DNA from: Opitutaceae bacterium
GTDB lineage: Bacteria; Verrucomicrobiota; Verrucomicrobiia; Opitutales; Coraliomargaritaceae
Direction: 5' to 3'
Length of the DNA stretch: 64,000 bases
Assembly (NCBI GenBank): GCA_051252375.1
Contig: JBPOFY010000004.1
Span: forward strand, 296,224 to 360,223
A program made the translations under genes and the position numbers. Every line of letters starts with the position of its first letter. The stretch's first letter is position 1. Shown in pieces: positions 53,428 through 64,000 of the stretch. The notes beneath the pieces were generated by a model that worked only from the letters and a program-made list of their open reading frames with translations, was not told where the DNA came from and did not search any database.

Positions 53428-54975
53428 ATGCTAGCAGTTACACAATCCGCAGCCCTCGTCGGCGTCGATGCGCATCCCGTTCAAGTGGAAGTGAATACAG
53501 GTGAAGCCGGAGAACTCAAATTTATTTTAGTCGGTCTGCCTGATGCGGCCGTCAAAGAGTCCCAAGACCGTGTTTTCTCGGCCATGGCGAACAGCGGTTT
53601 TCGCACCCCCGCCACTCGCACCACCATCAATCTCGCCCCCGGCAACCTGCGCAAAGAAGGTCCCGCCTACGATTTACCCATCGCAGTGGCGATCCTAGCC
53701 TCAATGAAAAAGTGCGAAGCCGAGCGCTTAAATGATTACTTCATTGCCGGTGAGCTAAGCCTATCCGGCGAAACGCGCCCAATCCGTGGAGCCTTAGCCA
53801 TGGCCCTACTTGCCCGAAAAGAAGGCAAACGCGGACTCATCGTCCCCGCCGAATCGGCTGACGAAGCTGCACTGGTAAGCGAAATCAACGTCTACCCTGT
53901 CAAAAGCCTCGATGAAACCGTCCGTTTCCTTAACGGAGATTTAACCATCGAGCCACTCCCATCAGGGCAAAGTTGCTTTTACCAAACTCCGCCAGATAGC
54001 CAACGACTGGACTTTTCAGAAGTGAAAGGCCAACACGCAGTTCGCCGTGCCGTCGAGATTGCGGTCAGTGGCGGTCACAATCTCCTAATGATTGGCTCAC
54101 CCGGTTCTGGGAAATCCATGATTGCGAAGCGCATCCCCACGATCATGCCGCAACCGGAGATCGACGAATTTTTGGAGATTCTTAGCATTCAATCGGCAGC
54201 TGGCAGCACACTTTCAAAGGACAACCGCTTTTTCCGGCGCCCGTTTCGCTCACCGCACCATACCATTAGCGATGTCGGTCTACTCGGCGGTGGCTCGATT
54301 CCGGGACCCGGCGAAATCTCACTCGCCCACAATGGCGTGCTTTTCCTAGACGAACTGCCCGAGTTTAAGCGCTCTGCCCTCGAAGTCCTTCGCCAACCTT
54401 TGGAAGATGGAGTTGTCAGCATCTCTCGCAGCGCGGGTAAGATCACCCTGCCCTGCTCCGTCATGCTCGTCGCGGCGATGAATCCCTGCCCCTGCGGCTA
54501 CACCGGCGACAGTTCGCGCGAGTGCCGTTGCAGCGTGCCACAGATTCAACGTTATCGCTCCAAGATCAGCGGACCTTTACTAGATCGGATCGATCTACAC
54601 ATCGAAGCGCCCTCTTTACGTATCGAAGAACTACGCGACGCCAAGCCCGGCGAAACCTCCGCCACCATGCGGCAACGCTGCGAACAAGCACGCAGCCGCC
54701 AGAAAGAGCGCTTTCAATCAGAAGCCGACCCCTCCAATCGCTGCAATGCCCGTATGTCGCACTCTCAAATCCGCCAACATTGCACGATCAACAAAGAACA
54801 GGGCGACCTACTGCAACAAGCGATGGAGCAACTAGCCCTCTCTGCACGCGCTTATGATCGCATTTTAAAAGTCGCCCGCACCATTGCCGACCTCGCCCAA
54901 TCCGACAACATCGAGACGCCCCACCTACTTGAGGCGATCCAATACCGTAGTTTGGATCGGAATTTATTTTATTAG
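53428..54975 (+). CDS. comM: YifB/ComM family Mg-chelatase-like AAA+ ATPase
   Basis: [91 protein letters not shown]. Confidence 0.93.
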   Translation: MLAVTQSAALVGVDAHPVQVEVNTGEAGELKFILVGLPDAAVKESQDRVFSAMANSGFRTPATRTTINLAPGNLRKEGPAYDLPIAVAILASMKKCEAERLNDYFIAGELSLSGETRPIRGALAMALLARKEGKRGLIVPAESADEAALVSEINVYPVKSLDETVRFLNGDLTIEPLPSGQSCFYQTPPDSQRLDFSEVKGQHAVRRAVEIAVSGGHNLLMIGSPGSGKSMIAKRIPTIMPQPEIDEFLEILSIQSAAGSTLSKDNRFFRRPFRSPHHTISDVGLLGGGSIPGPGEISLAHNGVLFLDELPEFKRSALEVLRQPLEDGVVSISRSAGKITLPCSVMLVAAMNPCPCGYTGDSSRECRCSVPQIQRYRSKISGPLLDRIDLHIEAPSLRIEELRDAKPGETSATMRQRCEQARSRQKERFQSEADPSNRCNARMSHSQIRQHCTINKEQGDLLQQAMEQLALSARAYDRILKVARTIADLAQSDNIETPHLLEAIQYRSLDRNLFY

Positions 54976-55035
54976 ATGCACTTAACGACTTGCACTCCGC
55001 TTCTTCACTCCTAAACAATGAATGGACATTACCGA

Positions 55036-55123
<88 letters not shown>

Positions 55124-55136
55124 TTATTACTACCAA

Positions 55137-55781
55137 ATGAAAACCGTTGCTATCATAGAAGACCAAACCGCCATTCGCGAAATGGTAAGCCAAGCGGTAT
55201 TATGCCAAGAAGAATTTAATGTCGTCCTCGAAAGCGGCGATGGACTTGAAGGCTGCGAGCGCTGCCTAGAATTGAAGCCAGACTTCGTCATTCTCGACGT
55301 CATGCTACCGAATCTCAACGGCACCGAAGTGCTCCGCCGCTTCACCAAAGACTTACCAGATACTCGCGTATTGATTTTCTCTGGCTACCAGACACCTAGC
55401 CTCGTGCGAGAACTCCTCCAGGCTGGAGCACACGGATTTGTTGAAAAGTCCGCCCCACTTTCCGAGCTCAAAAAAGGTATCGAAATCGTCTCCAGTGGTG
55501 GCAGCTATTTCGGTCCGGAAGTCGCCCAGCTATTACGACATGCGATGGCCGACCCAAAGAGCAGCGACTCAGGCATCAGCATTCTAACAAAACGTGAACG
55601 AGAAATCCTCCAACTCATCGCAGAGAGCAACAGCACACGCGAAATTGCAGCTAAGCTGGAGATCAGCGTGAAGACAGCCGAGAATCATCGCACGAATTTG
55701 ATGCGTAAACTCGATCTGCATGATGTGGCTAGTCTCACTCGCTACGCGATCAGCAATGGTTTGATCGCGATGACCAACTAA
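55137..55781 (+). CDS. NarL/LuxR family response regulator
   Basis: IIEDQ, ILDVMLP receiver; LTKREREIL...[27 protein letters not shown]. Confidence 0.94.
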   Translation: MKTVAIIEDQTAIREMVSQAVLCQEEFNVVLESGDGLEGCERCLELKPDFVILDVMLPNLNGTEVLRRFTKDLPDTRVLIFSGYQTPSLVRELLQAGAHGFVEKSAPLSELKKGIEIVSSGGSYFGPEVAQLLRHAMADPKSSDSGISILTKREREILQLIAESNSTREIAAKLEISVKTAENHRTNLMRKLDLHDVASLTRYAISNGLIAMTN

Positions 55782-55821
55782 ACGCCCACTCTTTCTCTGG
55801 CACCCAAAGCGGTCCGCCTAC

Positions 55822-55853
55822 AAAAAAGCCCCCGTTGAAAAACGGGGGCTTTT
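55822..55853. terminator. Bidirectional intrinsic terminator (response regulator / icd)
   Basis: AAAAAAGCCCCCGTT-GAAA-AACGGGGGCTTTT. Confidence 0.88.
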
Positions 55854-55880
55854 GTTTGAAAGGATTAGATCGGCGTGAGA

Positions 55881-58145
<2,265 letters not shown>

Positions 58146-58186
58146 TTACGTGGATCAGGATGTTTGCTTAGCAGGTCAGATGCCGA

Positions 58187-59380
<1,194 letters not shown>

Positions 59381-59386
59381 GAGTAT

Positions 59387-59432
59387 AAAAAAGCGCTCCC
59401 AGTCACCGTGGAATACAGTGACACAGGAGCGC
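59387..59432 (-). terminator. Probable intrinsic terminator after the histone-like gene
   Basis: Minus strand GCGCTCC..GTCAC..GTGAC..GGAGCGC followed by TTTTTT. Confidence 0.6.
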
Positions 59433-59493
59433 AGAATCAAAACCTCTGCCTCGGCAAAAGCAAGCCTAGCCTAAGAATCTAAGAAAAAGTGAA

Positions 59494-60321
59494 TTACTTC
59501 TTCTTTGCCTTACGCTTTACAGCTTTCTTTGCGGGCGCTTTTTTAGCTGCCTTCTTTTTAGGAGCTGCCTTTTTGACGGCTTTCTTAGCTGCCTTCTTTT
59601 TAGGCGCTGCTTTTTTGGCTGCTTTCTTAGCTACCTTCTTCTTAGGAGCTGCCTTCTTCTTAGGTGCTGCCTTCTTTTTAGGAGCTGCCTTTTTGACGGC
59701 TTTCTTAGCTACCTTCTTTTTAGGTGCTGCCTTCTTCTTAGGAGCTGCCTTTTTGACGGCTTTCTTAGCTGCCTTCTTTTTAGGCGCTGCCTTCTTTACT
59801 GCTTTTTTGGCTGCTTTCTTTTTAGGAGCAGCTTTTTTTACAGCTTTTTTGGCGGCCTTCTTTTTAGGAGCAGCTTTTTTCACGGCCTTCTTCACTGCTT
59901 TTTTAGCAGGTTTCTTGGCCACCGACTTCTTAACAGCCTTTTTGGCTGGTGCTTTTCTCACGACCTTTTTGGCCGCTTTTTTCTTTGTTGCTTTTTTCTT
60001 AGGCATAATGAGTTCAGGGTGAACATCCGACAACTTCGCCGGAAGAGAATCTAATGCTGCTCTGAGAATTTCACCAACGCTTACTTTCTTTTGCTTACTC
60101 AGCTTAATTAAACGTTGGCGCAACTCATTCGATAGACGAACAGAAATTTGACGATGCGAAGATGAATTCTTACCTAACTCGGAAGAATCAAATACACTCA
60201 CCGCGTAGCGAATAACTTCACTAATTGAACGAGCGCCAGATTGACGCTGCAATTGCTTCAGCTTATCGAGCAAATCTTGCTGAAGATCGAAAGTTAAGGG
60301 GCTGGTAGTTTCGCTACTCAT
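59494..60321 (-). CDS. Tandem ribbon-helix-helix (CopG-like) protein fused to a histone H1-like Lys/Ala/Pro repeat tail
   Basis: Two RHH-like segments (LTFDL...SISEVIRYAV; ISVRL...SVGEILRAAL), then about 170 aa of KKAAPKKKAAKKAV repeats; in-frame internal ATG at 60006. Confidence 0.8.
   Translation of the reverse strand: MSSETTSPLTFDLQQDLLDKLKQLQRQSGARSISEVIRYAVSVFDSSELGKNSSSHRQISVRLSNELRQRLIKLSKQKKVSVGEILRAALDSLPAKLSDVHPELIMPKKKATKKKAAKKVVRKAPAKKAVKKSVAKKPAKKAVKKAVKKAAPKKKAAKKAVKKAAPKKKAAKKAVKKAAPKKKAAKKAVKKAAPKKKAAPKKKVAKKAVKKAAPKKKAAPKKKAAPKKKVAKKAAKKAAPKKKAAKKAVKKAAPKKKAAKKAPAKKAVKRKAKKK
59500..60000 (-). repeat. Coding tandem repeats (14-aa/42-bp and 6-aa/18-bp units) of the H1-like tail
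   Basis: Repeated KKAAPKKKAAKKAV and KKAAPK units with near-identical DNA (e.g. TTAGGAGCTGCCTTTTTGACGGCTTTCTTAGCT three times on the + strand). Confidence 0.85.
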
Positions 60322-60424
60322 AAAAGATTATCGCAATGCGATGATCTACCCATCCCTCTTTGTAGTAACAATGTCAATACAAAATATTTACGCAACTTAT
60401 AGCACGACAATGACCATCAACAAA

Positions 60425-61333
60425 TTACAACTCTTCAAACATGCTATCCGACGGCAACGTTAACTCACACTCACTTTGAGGATCAAAAACTGTCGGTTTT
60501 AAAATTAGCCCAACACTCGCAGCCTTCACTTGAAAACGCGTGCGGTCACGCGTCGCATAATCTTTAAGCGTTATTTCCTTAACGATATATTGCTTCTGCA
60601 CTTTCTTAAAACTCTCAACTGTGAAACGTGACAACTGTTTGCCATCACCGTCCAAAACTTCGACGCGCAAGAGCGCATCATAGCTATCGTCCAACCCTAT
60701 GCGGACGGCGCCTATACCGCGCGCAGCCGAAAGCGATCCCTTAGGCGGCGACATCAAGAACTGCTGTGCAATGCGGCTTTGCACTCGCACGGGGCCTTCA
60801 TAAGTGAAGCCGTCCCAATAAATAAACGGCATCTGCAGATCAAACGGTGAATACACCACTCCCGGGATCACTGGTTCAAAGAGCGCAGGACCCACAATCT
60901 CATTAAACGCACCAGCACGACCACGCCGCATCCATGCATTCGGGTTAAGACCATTTTGAATAATCAACTCAACGACATCGGAATCACTTCCCGGAGAAAC
61001 TTCACTCGGAGAAATCTCAAACCGGGTAACCGGACCTTTTTCATTCCAAGACCCCCACATCGTTCCACGATATGTCGTTTTATCTCCTCTTCGCGGCAAG
61101 TGCGCTAATTCAAAACGAAAACAATAATCACCCTCTAAACGCTGTGAACGAAATGCCGCCATACGACGCACACCCTCCTCTTGATCGATACGAACATAAG
61201 GTGACTCTTTATGATCCACTCGTTGCGCATAAATGACACTCGATACGCAGGCACAAAAAAGGCCAGCTACGGTAAAAACCGAAACAGCTGACCTTAATTT
61301 AGAAAAAAATAATTTAGTCTGATCGATACGCAT
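60425..61333 (-). CDS. Secreted protein, possibly LolA-like outer-membrane lipoprotein-sorting fold
   Basis: Signal peptide; 'PGVVYSPFDL' and a beta-rich C-terminus ('ALLRVEVLDGDGKQL..F....FKKV') resemble LolA-like proteins. Unverified. Confidence 0.55.
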   Translation of the reverse strand: MRIDQTKLFFSKLRSAVSVFTVAGLFCACVSSVIYAQRVDHKESPYVRIDQEEGVRRMAAFRSQRLEGDYCFRFELAHLPRRGDKTTYRGTMWGSWNEKGPVTRFEISPSEVSPGSDSDVVELIIQNGLNPNAWMRRGRAGAFNEIVGPALFEPVIPGVVYSPFDLQMPFIYWDGFTYEGPVRVQSRIAQQFLMSPPKGSLSAARGIGAVRIGLDDSYDALLRVEVLDGDGKQLSRFTVESFKKVQKQYIVKEITLKDYATRDRTRFQVKAASVGLILKPTVFDPQSECELTLPSDSMFEEL

Positions 61334-61335
61334 TA

Positions 61336-61806
61336 TTATGGAGCAGGCACCACTTCAGTCGTCGCTGCCTCAACGGCCTCTGTTGTTTCCGACTGAGCTT
61401 CTTCAACCTGAGCCTCTACAGACTCCACAACTGGACCCATTGTTCCCTCAGCGTCAAGTGACTCAACTACAGTCGTAACTGTTTCTGCAGTTAACTCCTC
61501 TGCCTCAGCAGCATCAGCGGAAATCAAAGTCTTCACATCCAAACCGATTGTCGCATCCGAAGCCTTCGCTTGATAGAGCAGATACAATCCCAACGAAACG
61601 ACAAAGAACGCGATGGTTCCATAGATGGTCGCCTTAGTTAGGATATTATTAGTGTCAGAACCAAATGCAGATTCGGCCGCGCCGCCACCTAGTGCTGCGC
61701 CCATACCACCATTTTGGCTAGTGCGTTGCATCAAAATGACCAAGACGATGAAAGCCGAGATCAGGAGGAGGACTAAAGTTAAAAGACTGATGAGGAGTGT
61801 TCCCAT
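61336..61806 (-). CDS. secG: Preprotein translocase subunit SecG with acidic C-terminal tail
   Basis: TM1-[28 protein letters not shown]2; ATG at 61806. Confidence 0.92.
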   Translation of the reverse strand: MGTLLISLLTLVLLLISAFIVLVILMQRTSQNGGMGAALGGGAAESAFGSDTNNILTKATIYGTIAFFVVSLGLYLLYQAKASDATIGLDVKTLISADAAEAEELTAETVTTVVESLDAEGTMGPVVESVEAQVEEAQSETTEAVEAATTEVVPAP

Positions 61807-61984
61807 ATTATTGAAGCAGGTGGAAATTGGAAAAAGGTGGTAAAATGCCCAGTGCTGTCGGGAGTTCAAGCGATAAATTCAGTCCTTTTCGCTACATTAG
61901 GTAGGATTTCTTCACTTATAGGCGTTGAAATCTCAAAGTTTCGCTTTGACAGACACCTCTCCACGCATTTTCTCCTCTCTACTC

Positions 61985-62233
61985 ATGGACAACGCACCTT
62001 ATCAAAAACTACTCACCAAAGGGCATCTTGCGCTAGGCGTCATACTTACAATTGGAGTCTTCATTCTGATGTCGATCCTACTGCGCCCATTTACATTTTC
62101 GCCAGATCCGCTGATTGCTCAGCTACAAGCCTGCTTCACTGCAGTGCCGATCACTGCCGTATTCTGGTTCGCTTACCACATGTTTATGATCGTGCTCGTC
62201 GATCAACGTAAGCAAAAGAACGAATCCAAGTAG
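61985..62233 (+). CDS. Small two-TM hypothetical membrane protein
   Basis: 82 aa from ATG 61985, two hydrophobic helices, followed by a terminator; TTGACA upstream. Confidence 0.65.
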   Translation: MDNAPYQKLLTKGHLALGVILTIGVFILMSILLRPFTFSPDPLIAQLQACFTAVPITAVFWFAYHMFMIVLVDQRKQKNESK

Positions 62234-62253
62234 GATTCCTACAGCTTTACTTT

Positions 62254-62284
62254 AAAGGCCGCCCTTCAGGGGCGGCCTTTTTTT
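62254..62284. terminator. Intrinsic terminator between convergent genes
   Basis: AAAGGCCGCCC-TTCAG-GGGCGGCCTTTTTTT. Confidence 0.85.
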
Positions 62285-62329
62285 GTGGAATTATTCGGAG
62301 TTGCTAGCGAACAGGCGCGAGGTCCTCAC

Positions 62330-63259
62330 CTATACGTCATCCATCTCAGCCAGCGCATCCGCACGCAACTTGGACTCGATACGTGAACCCACCCAGATAG
62401 CTAGTTCGTAAAGACCATACATGAACCCAGTGGTCAGCGGCAACGAGATGAAATCGCCACCAGGCGACATCAGCGCCGAAAAGACCATCAGTGCGACAAA
62501 GACACCTTTGCGAACCGCACGCAGTTTCGAAACCGGCAGAACCTGCAAATAAACTAAAATGACAATCAACAGCGGAAATTGGAAAAACGCGCCTGTCGCC
62601 AATGAAAACCAGACCACCATACTATAGTAATCGGACGCCGCCCACAGCAGATCGAAACCAAAATATTGATTCAACCGAACACTGAATGCCAAAGTAAGGG
62701 GTAAAATAATAAAAAATGCGAACGCGACACCGGTCAAAAAGAGCATGAATGCGGCAAAGCAACTTGGACGCAGCACTCGACGCTCTTTTTCCGTCAACCC
62801 GGGAGCCACAAAGGCGGCCATAAAATAAAGCACGAAAGGCATTGTCAGCGTAAAGCCACCCAGCAACGCAATCTGAATAAACACGGAAATCACACCCATC
62901 GGGCGATACGTGATCAAATTCTTATCCACCAGCTCAACCGACCCATAAGCACTGATAATCGGCATCTTCAAAAACTCTGCTATGTCTTGAATGAAAATCG
63001 CGACACAAACCAGTCCAATAAAGAAAGCCAACAAGCTACGCCCTATCGTCCAGCGAAACTCTTCCAAGTGCTCCAAGAAGGACATACCTGGGCTATCCTC
63101 TTCATCTTCGTCGCCATCCTTATCGTCGCAATCAAGGCCGTAGTCCTCAGCATACTCCTCTTCATAGTCCAACTCATCGGGATCGTCAGAGTACTCCGAG
63201 TCTAGCGGATCCAATGGATCTTCGGGGATATCTTCTTCACTGTCTTTATTGTCGCTCAT
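62330..63259 (-). CDS. tatC: Twin-arginine translocase subunit TatC with acidic N-terminal extension
   Basis: [34 protein letters not shown]. Confidence 0.94.
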   Translation of the reverse strand: MSDNKDSEEDIPEDPLDPLDSEYSDDPDELDYEEEYAEDYGLDCDDKDGDEDEEDSPGMSFLEHLEEFRWTIGRSLLAFFIGLVCVAIFIQDIAEFLKMPIISAYGSVELVDKNLITYRPMGVISVFIQIALLGGFTLTMPFVLYFMAAFVAPGLTEKERRVLRPSCFAAFMLFLTGVAFAFFIILPLTLAFSVRLNQYFGFDLLWAASDYYSMVVWFSLATGAFFQFPLLIVILVYLQVLPVSKLRAVRKGVFVALMVFSALMSPGGDFISLPLTTGFMYGLYELAIWVGSRIESKLRADALAEMDDV

Positions 63260-63452
63260 GTATCAAATCATCTACCCATCAATTCATGACAAGGGGAACC
63301 GCAACACTTAAAATTTCGATCGCGCAATCTATGTCCATGCTAATCCATTGACAGAGAGCGCGAAATAGCTTTCTTACACGATTTTCTCATGCTGAGCGAT
63401 CTACAACTGATTAACTCAGCAACACAACTCGATCCTCAACAGATCGCATCTT

Positions 63453-64000
63453 ATGCCAGCAAAAAAAGTAAAAAAAGCCACCAAAAAGGCAGCTAAACGC
63501 ACGAGCGTTAAAGCTGTAAAATATAGCTACGATTTCGGTAAGAAGACCGACGGTAGCGTTAAACTCCGCGAACTGCTCGGCGGTAAGGGAGCCAACCTCG
63601 CTGAAATGGCGCGCATTGGACTTCCAGTGCCTCCCGGTTTCACGATCACTACAGATGTTTGCTCATACTTCTACGACAATGGTCGTAAGTATCCCAAGAC
63701 ACTCGCTGCAGAAGTTAAGGCTTCCGTCGCAGTGATCGAAAAGGAAGTTGGCAAAAAGCTTGGTGCTGATAAGAACCCACTCCTTCTTTCTGTTCGTTCC
63801 GGTGCTCGTGAGTCGATGCCTGGTATGATGGACACGATCCTTAACCTTGGTCTCAACGACAAGACAGTTAAAGCCCTCGCTAAAGAATCCGGCAACGAAG
63901 CTTTCGCATACGATTGCTACCGTCGCTTCATCCAAATGTATGGTGATGTCGTCATGGGCGTTCAAGCCGTGAACGAAAACGATCACTGCCCATTCGAAGG
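63453..64000 (+). CDS. ppdK: Pyruvate, phosphate dikinase (3' truncated by window)
   Basis: Manual translation [15 protein letters not shown]...[25 protein letters not shown]...[28 protein letters not shown]...[14 protein letters not shown]. Not in the ORF track. Confidence 0.95.
   Translation, partial: MPAKKVKKATKKAAKRTSVKAVKYSYDFGKKTDGSVKLRELLGGKGANLAEMARIGLPVPPGFTITTDVCSYFYDNGRKYPKTLAAEVKASVAVIEKEVGKKLGADKNPLLLSVRSGARESMPGMMDTILNLGLNDKTVKALAKESGNEAFAYDCYRRFIQMYGDVVMGVQAVNENDHCPFE

Noticed and set aside
59489..60022. 177-aa very hydrophobic FFLGAAF-repeat ORF on the + strand
   Set aside because: It is the reverse complement of the Lys/Ala repeat tail (AAA/AAG codons read as Phe/Leu), so it is a shadow ORF.

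Overview
Core-genome window of a bacterium. Gene content and protein style suggest Verrucomicrobiota, Opitutia (Coraliomargarita/Lentimonas-like), which is an inference not checked by search. It holds about 55 CDS, mostly housekeeping (folD, proC, maf, nadE, hemL, accBC, gltB/gltD, carB, purU, eno, rho, coaE, icd, secG, tatC, partial ppdK). It also has a type IV pilus motor cluster (PilB-PilT-PilB-PilC) divergent from comM, a FabH-ACP-SDR-acyltransferase cassette, one tRNA-Ser(TGA), several intrinsic terminators and a GTAG-type REP doublet. I saw no CRISPR array, prophage, integrase or transposase. The most unusual structure is a four-helix-bundle (23S rRNA IVS protein/Avd-like) gene between gltB and gltD. 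Inverted arrays of a 7-bp repeat (AGRAGYT) bracket it, fill both spacers and could pair to loop the gene out of the mRNA. A third array of the same repeat follows the gltD stop, and a cargo-less inverted heptamer pair of different sequence follows purU. Also notable are a tandem ribbon-helix-helix protein fused to a histone-H1-like tail, KKA-type tails on Rho and PPDK, a Firmicute-like accB-accC-asp23-amaP order, and a degenerate sigma54-activator-like protein.
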